A stretch of DNA of 30,481 nt from Candidatus Helarchaeota ASGARD archaeon Hel_GB_B (GTDB lineage Archaea; Asgardarchaeota; Lokiarchaeia; Helarchaeales; HEL-GB-B), in the NCBI GenBank assembly GCA_005191425.1, contig SUPR01000037.1, positions 1 through 30,481 of the forward strand, written 5' to 3'. The notes under the pieces are model-generated. The model made no database searches, had not been told where the DNA came from, and was given only the letters and a program-made list of their open reading frames with translations. Numbering within the stretch: the stretch's first letter is position 1; each line of letters starts with the position of its first letter. A program made the translations under genes and the position numbers. Positions 25,885 to 30,481 of the stretch are shown piece after piece.

Positions 25885-27390
25885 ATGACATCTGTATTAA
25901 AATCCAGGTATTTATTTAATGTTGAATTATCAAAAATATCTGATAAAATAAAATTTTTTATAGAGAATTTCATGAAAGACAAAGAGGACAAATTACGACA
26001 GCAAATTAAATTTAAGTTAGATTTTCAAAAAAAAGAGATGATTCTTGACATAATTTTTAAGGTTGGATATCCGCATTCTATTTTATTTAACCTAAGAAAC
26101 GAAATTATCAAGAATTTTGGTCGTGAGTACAAATTATCTGTTGAAAAGATAGATATTGACTATTATGAAATTGAATTTGAGTTAGAAAAAGAACCATTGA
26201 AGGAGATTTCTATTCCATTTGTAGATGATATAGCAATTTCAGGAAAACAGTGTAAAATCAAATTCAATAAAATTATGGATCAAAATTTTGTTAAAAAAGG
26301 TTTTATTAATCGAATAATAAAAAGGATTAAAGAAAAAATAGAGCAGCAATATTATGCAGGTAAAGGTGAGTATTCAGAAATATTATGGAAATCAGAGAAA
26401 AAAGATATGGTCTGGGATCTAGATCCAAGCAAAGAAATGCTTAAGAAATCATGGATAAGACAGGCAAAAACAAAAGGAAAGTGGTTTTTTGGTCCGCAAT
26501 TAGCAAAAATTATTCGGGGACTTAAAAATATAGTCTTTGACGAGATTCTAATACCAATGGGTTTTAAAGAGGTTATCGAACCACATCATGAATCTTTTAG
26601 TACCCTACTAAAAACAGGTCATTTAGAAGGCGTCCCTATGGAGGTTTATTATGTTTCTGAGCCTAAAACAAGGAACCCTGAAGAATGGGAATTATTTATT
26701 GATAAATTAAAAATTTCAAAAGAAGTACCTTATGATGAGTTATTAAAAATGATTTCTCCTCCTAATGCGATTAATTGTTATGTCCAATGCCCAAATATAT
26801 ATGAATTCTTTTCAGGTAGGACTATTGCTGATGCAGAATTTCCAATTTTAGTTTTTGAATCAAGCGCAGTGAGTAATAGATATGAGAGTGGTGGACGACA
26901 TGGAATAGAGCGAATGGACGAATTTCATCGGATTGAAATCGTTTATATAGGGACTAAAGAACAACTTTTAGATGTTAAGGAAGAATTAATTAAAAGGTAT
27001 TCTCACATATTTAATGATATCTTAGATTTAGAATGGCGTATGGCATGGGTTACTCCTTTTTATATGCAACAATCCGGATTTTTAGGGTTAGATGATGAAA
27101 CCCAAAGAATAAAAGGTACAATTGATTTTGAATCCTATCTACCATATAGAGGCTCAAGAGAAGAAAGTGAATGGCTTGAATTCCAAAATTTATCGATAGT
27201 TGGAGATAAATATGTTAAAGCATTTAATATTAAAGCGCAAAAACTTGATTTATGGTCTGGCTGTTCGGGAGTTGGACTGGAACGGTGGGCAGTATCTTTT
27301 TTAGCTCAAAAAGGACTTGACCCTGAAAACTGGCCAGAAAAATTTAGAAAAATAGTTGGCGAACTTCCCAAACCATATACATTTTATTGA
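25885..27390 (+). CDS. serS: Serine--tRNA ligase, atypical methanogen-type
   Basis: Class II motif 2 RYESGGRHGIERMDEFHRIE; motif 3 WSGCSGVGLERW; Zn-ligand-like Cys (VQCP), Glu and Cys (SGC); long N-terminal domain; EWLEFQN and LDPENWP typical of the methanogen type. Confidence 0.92.
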   Translation: MTSVLKSRYLFNVELSKISDKIKFFIENFMKDKEDKLRQQIKFKLDFQKKEMILDIIFKVGYPHSILFNLRNEIIKNFGREYKLSVEKIDIDYYEIEFELEKEPLKEISIPFVDDIAISGKQCKIKFNKIMDQNFVKKGFINRIIKRIKEKIEQQYYAGKGEYSEILWKSEKKDMVWDLDPSKEMLKKSWIRQAKTKGKWFFGPQLAKIIRGLKNIVFDEILIPMGFKEVIEPHHESFSTLLKTGHLEGVPMEVYYVSEPKTRNPEEWELFIDKLKISKEVPYDELLKMISPPNAINCYVQCPNIYEFFSGRTIADAEFPILVFESSAVSNRYESGGRHGIERMDEFHRIEIVYIGTKEQLLDVKEELIKRYSHIFNDILDLEWRMAWVTPFYMQQSGFLGLDDETQRIKGTIDFESYLPYRGSREESEWLEFQNLSIVGDKYVKAFNIKAQKLDLWSGCSGVGLERWAVSFLAQKGLDPENWPEKFRKIVGELPKPYTFY

Positions 27391-27522
27391 ATTTTTTTTC
27401 ACTTAATATTTAAAATTGAAAAATTAATATCCATTTTAAATTAAAAACTGAGAGGTTATATAATATAATTATTTAATTTATAAATTTCTACTTTTTTACT
27501 CTAAATCTAAATAATATTAATT

Positions 27523-28062
27523 TTAAGGGTCTAATTCTAATATTTCTTCTCCATATTTTCTAAAACCAATGAATTTCACAAATGTGTAAGATGGTATATT
27601 TTTTTCTCCTACTTCGCATTCTACAATGTTAATATTATTCTGTTTTAGAAATTCATATGCTTTTAATGCCAACGCTGACCCTAAACCCCTGCGTTGTTTT
27701 TCTGGCATTACTGCAAGCGTTATAATTACTCCTATTTTTTCATTTTTTTCGTTTTGCTCAATTGAAATACAAATCAAGCCATATTCTCGTCCAAACATTT
27801 TTATAAAAAAAACTTTTAAGTTTAAATCTTCTAAATCGTCTAATGTAATAGAATGAAATGGGTCTGGGCTCGTTAAAAACGCTCTATTATATATTCTTAT
27901 GAAAATTTCTTTATCGGATGTTGTATATTCTTTAAAATTGATTAAATGTTTAATTTTTTCGACCTTTTTGCTAAGTACATCAATTACTTCTTTTTTAAGT
28001 CCACTTAAATCTAAGCGCATTTTTGCATAAACGTAAATATCTTTATTTTTTATTTTAAACAC
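27523..28062 (-). CDS. GNAT family N-acetyltransferase
   Basis: Acetyl-CoA motif A LAVMPEKQRRGLGSAL and motif B VGEKNIPS..FIGF. The start may be the ATG at 28020. Confidence 0.88.
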   Translation of the reverse strand: MFKIKNKDIYVYAKMRLDLSGLKKEVIDVLSKKVEKIKHLINFKEYTTSDKEIFIRIYNRAFLTSPDPFHSITLDDLEDLNLKVFFIKMFGREYGLICISIEQNEKNEKIGVIITLAVMPEKQRRGLGSALALKAYEFLKQNNINIVECEVGEKNIPSYTFVKFIGFRKYGEEILELDP

Positions 28063-28111
28063 CCTAATTTTATGAATATTTTAAAAAACAATATGTAAAA
28101 GTTCGGATCAA

Positions 28112-29089
28112 TTATAAAATTAATGAAGTGGGAAAATAAATCATAACGGAGATTAACGCTGAAGCAGGAAATGTTAATAACCAAATCAAAATCAATTTCC
28201 ATAACCCTTTTTTGGTCGGGGTCTTTCTTGCTTTAGCGAGACCAATTAAAGCTCCTACTATTATGTGGGACCCAGAAAGTGGGATACCATATAATGTACC
28301 AATAAATAATATCACAGAGATTGGTATTTCACAAGCAAATGCTGTACTTGGGTGTAATTCTGTTAATGTTCCCACATTTTTTATAACTCCTCTCCCAAGT
28401 ACTATAATTCCTAATGAAAATCCTATTCCTGTTATTAATAATGCTAAATTTAAGTCCATAACCCCAGCTTCGATCCCGGTTAAAATTCCTACAGCATTTG
28501 AACAATCATTTCCTGACCGAGAAAATGCATTGATTGAAATTACGGCAATTAAAATATAGGAAAAGATTTTTTCCGCTCGTTCAAAGCTCCTAAGACCAGA
28601 TAATTTATTAATTATTAATTTATGTATAATTTTATAGGAAAAATAAGCAACAAAATAGCCAATTATTGGAGATAAGATCCAATAAATACTCATTACTAAT
28701 ACTGTATTCCAATTAATACTATTTGACCCTCCTAAAAACAGACCAATTCCTAATATTGAACCAATTGTAGCATGAGTCGTTGAAATCGGTAGTTTTAAAA
28801 TTGATGATAGTATTAACCAAATTGCTGTCGAAATTAGTACTGTTATCACAACTGAATTTGTTATCGTAATAGTTAAAATTCCTGTTCCTACTGTTTTACT
28901 TACATTTCTACCTAATATTAATGTCCCACTTATTGCAAATATTGTTGTAAGAATAAGTATATGCTTCATTTGTAATGTTCTACTACCATAAATAGTAGAA
29001 AATGTTTCATCGTTAGACCCAATTCCAAATGCAATAACAATCGATAAAATGATAATAATGATTAAAATAGCTGCCTGTGTTAATTCCAT
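28112..29089 (-). CDS. Inorganic phosphate transporter, PiT family
   Basis: Two PiT signature halves (FGIGSND, SRSGNDCSNAVG), PISTTHATIG and PLSGSH; many TM helices; AGGAGA Shine-Dalgarno. Confidence 0.93.
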   Translation of the reverse strand: MELTQAAILIIIIILSIVIAFGIGSNDETFSTIYGSRTLQMKHILILTTIFAISGTLILGRNVSKTVGTGILTITITNSVVITVLISTAIWLILSSILKLPISTTHATIGSILGIGLFLGGSNSINWNTVLVMSIYWILSPIIGYFVAYFSYKIIHKLIINKLSGLRSFERAEKIFSYILIAVISINAFSRSGNDCSNAVGILTGIEAGVMDLNLALLITGIGFSLGIIVLGRGVIKNVGTLTELHPSTAFACEIPISVILFIGTLYGIPLSGSHIIVGALIGLAKARKTPTKKGLWKLILIWLLTFPASALISVMIYFPTSLIL

Positions 29090-29107
29090 TAATTTTATTC
29101 TCCTGCT

Positions 29108-29743
29108 TTATCTACTTGGATATTTTATAATTAGTCCATTTAGAAAATCAGATATTTCTTCAGCTCTTGAAATCGCTTCATATAATAGTGAGATTAAATT
29201 ATCAAATAAGATTATTTCCAGATGATTGTCCATTCTTTCATAAGTTTCTGCGAGCATTTGAAACTTTAAATCTAACGCACTTCTTCTTAACGAACTTATT
29301 ATTGATAGATATTCTTTTGTTTTATCGAAATCTGTTTCAATAACTGTTGTTGCTTTGATTAAAGCTTCCATTATTTCAAAACATAAACGATTCAAATTAC
29401 TAAAATCTTTTTCAAGTTTACTATTAAAATTAAAGGGATAAACAGCAAGACTACGTGCCGTCATCTCCGCTACCCCTAATACCTTATCTAAGGATGTGAT
29501 AATCTTATATCGATCTTCAACTAAAAATGGAAGTGCTCGCTTATTTTTATATAAATATTCAATGAATTCTTCTTTTAATCTATCTGCTTTTTTTTCAGAA
29601 ATTATAACTTCTCTTGCTTTTTCTTTATCAACTTTATTATTAATAAAGTTGTTTATTATAGTATTAAGCAACTTTATTCCTTTCATAAACTCCGACTGAT
29701 AATCTGCGAAAATGTCTTTTAATTTTCTTTTTTTTCCTTTCAA
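29108..29743 (-). CDS. DUF47 family PhoU-like phosphate transport regulator
   Basis: All-helical; EKKADRLK and LPFLVEDR motifs; canonical position directly upstream of a PiT gene. Confidence 0.88.
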   Translation of the reverse strand: MKGKKRKLKDIFADYQSEFMKGIKLLNTIINNFINNKVDKEKAREVIISEKKADRLKEEFIEYLYKNKRALPFLVEDRYKIITSLDKVLGVAEMTARSLAVYPFNFNSKLEKDFSNLNRLCFEIMEALIKATTVIETDFDKTKEYLSIISSLRRSALDLKFQMLAETYERMDNHLEIILFDNLISLLYEAISRAEEISDFLNGLIIKYPSR

Positions 29744-29778
29744 GATTGATCACGAATTGAAATTATTTAATGTGTCTA

Positions 29779-29910
29779 AATCCAGTTAACCTAACTAATT
29801 GAACTACCATGCCCTAAAGGGCGATGGATTCGTAATTCATTGAAAATTGCTCTCCAAGGGAGAGTCTTACATCTTCTCCAAACGCATTGACCGTAGTCCC
29901 TACGGCAGTA
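29779..29910 (-). ncRNA. Putative TnpB reRNA (omega RNA) 3' portion plus flanking guide
   Basis: Stacked hairpins in the tnpB 3' end: CCGTAG-3nt-CTACGG (29891-29905), CTCTCC-3nt-GGAGAG (29850-29864) and the terminal hairpin. TnpB reRNAs are known to overlap the 3' end of tnpB and extend past the right end. The 5' boundary is unknown. Confidence 0.55.
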
Positions 29911-30481
29911 TCATTATTACTAATGATTTTAATATTTTTTTCTCTTAAAATTTTTTTACCCTCTTTTTCAATATTTTCAGAGGCATTTATATCTCTATGG
30001 TGGTGGGCCTGACATTGCGGGCAAGTCCATTCTTTATCATCTAATTTCAAGTCGTCCTTCTTATATCCACAGTTGGAGCAAAGCTTGGAGCTGGGAAAAA
30101 ACCTGTCCACGAGGATTAAATGCTTTCCTTTTTGTTCCATTTTATATTTTAAGATAGTGACGAATTGATGCCACGAGAAGTCCAAGCTCACGGACTTCGA
30201 TAGCCCCGAATTAAACTGTTGCATACCCTTGATATTTAAGTCTTCTAATATCACACAATCAAAGTGTTCCGACAAAATGTGTGTGATCTTATGTGTCCAG
30301 TCCTTTTTTCTGTTGTTGATCTTCTCATAGATTTTTGCCAACTTATTTTTTGACCTATTTCGATTATTAGAACCGTTTTTCCTTCGGCTCACTTCTTTAT
30401 GGAGTTTTCGTAGCTTGTTTTGTTCAGCTCGATAGAATCTCGGATTGGTGAACTTGAACCTTTTTGTTATCAAGAAATTGG
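29799..30481 (-). mobile_element. IS200/IS605-family element, right-end portion (runs off the window)
   Basis: tnpB 3' half; subterminal hairpin CCATCGCCC-TTTA-GGGCATGG (29807-29827) followed by TAGTTCAA on the minus strand (TTCAA at 29803-29799); visibly higher GC than the flanks (26 of 60 in the line starting 30181). Confidence 0.88.
29814..30481 (-). CDS. tnpB: RNA-guided endonuclease TnpB (5'-truncated by the window edge)
   Basis: NPRFY, RuvC-II ILEDL, Zn finger PSSKLCSNCG..WTCPQC and RuvC-III HRDINA. The frame stays open to the window end, so the track's TTG start at 30473 is an artefact. Confidence 0.93.
   Translation of the reverse strand, partial: NFLITKRFKFTNPRFYRAEQNKLRKLHKEVSRRKNGSNNRNRSKNKLAKIYEKINNRKKDWTHKITHILSEHFDCVILEDLNIKGMQQFNSGLSKSVSLDFSWHQFVTILKYKMEQKGKHLILVDRFFPSSKLCSNCGYKKDDLKLDDKEWTCPQCQAHHHRDINASENIEKEGKKILREKNIKIISNNDTAVGTTVNAFGEDVRLSLGEQFSMNYESIAL

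Noticed and set aside
13058-29699. Short ORFs at 13058-13312, 13546-13767, 13849-14040, 14748-14987, 14845-15078, 18898-19095, 19402-19605, 19825-20148, 21121-21324, 22399-22584, 23329-23511, 23490-23984, 27626-27856, 28212-28559 and 29496-29699
   Set aside because: They overlap confident genes on the opposite strand or in another frame and have no independent support.
29814-30481. TnpB-like ORF as a Cas12 CRISPR effector
   Set aside because: No array or cas genes are present, while an IS200/IS605 right-end hairpin is.
1-30481. tRNA or rRNA genes
   Set aside because: No GC-rich structured island or T-loop GGTTCGA-type cloverleaf was seen in any intergenic gap; tRNAscan-SE or Infernal would be needed to exclude them formally.

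Overview
Very AT-rich archaeal chromosomal segment. An Asgard-type archaeon is inferred from gene content (longin-like, RING-like and UBC/UEV-like ORFs, TPR proteins, a PGF-CTERM-like surface protein, methanogen-type SerRS); this is not proven. Recognisable genes: NifU-like protein, rhomboid protease, purB-purM, MBL hydrolase, LMW phosphatase, FAD oxidoreductase, citG, tldD-pmbA, serS, GNAT, DUF47-PiT and the 3' end of an IS200/IS605 tnpB element. The most notable structure is at about 4.5-10.1 kb. Two paralogous tetraether-synthase-like (Tes/GDGT-MAS, MJ0619 family) radical SAM genes diverge around a stand-alone RNA-ligase-like gene, and one paralog has Phe at the position of an active-site Tyr. 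In the same interval the G/C strand skew flips near 7.8 kb, where a short heptamer repeat array sits, suggesting a replication origin with no cdc6/orc1 in the window. A cluster of eukaryotic-signature-like small genes lies at 12.3-18.6 kb. No tRNA, rRNA or CRISPR array was seen. All family assignments come from motif recognition by eye; no database searches were run.
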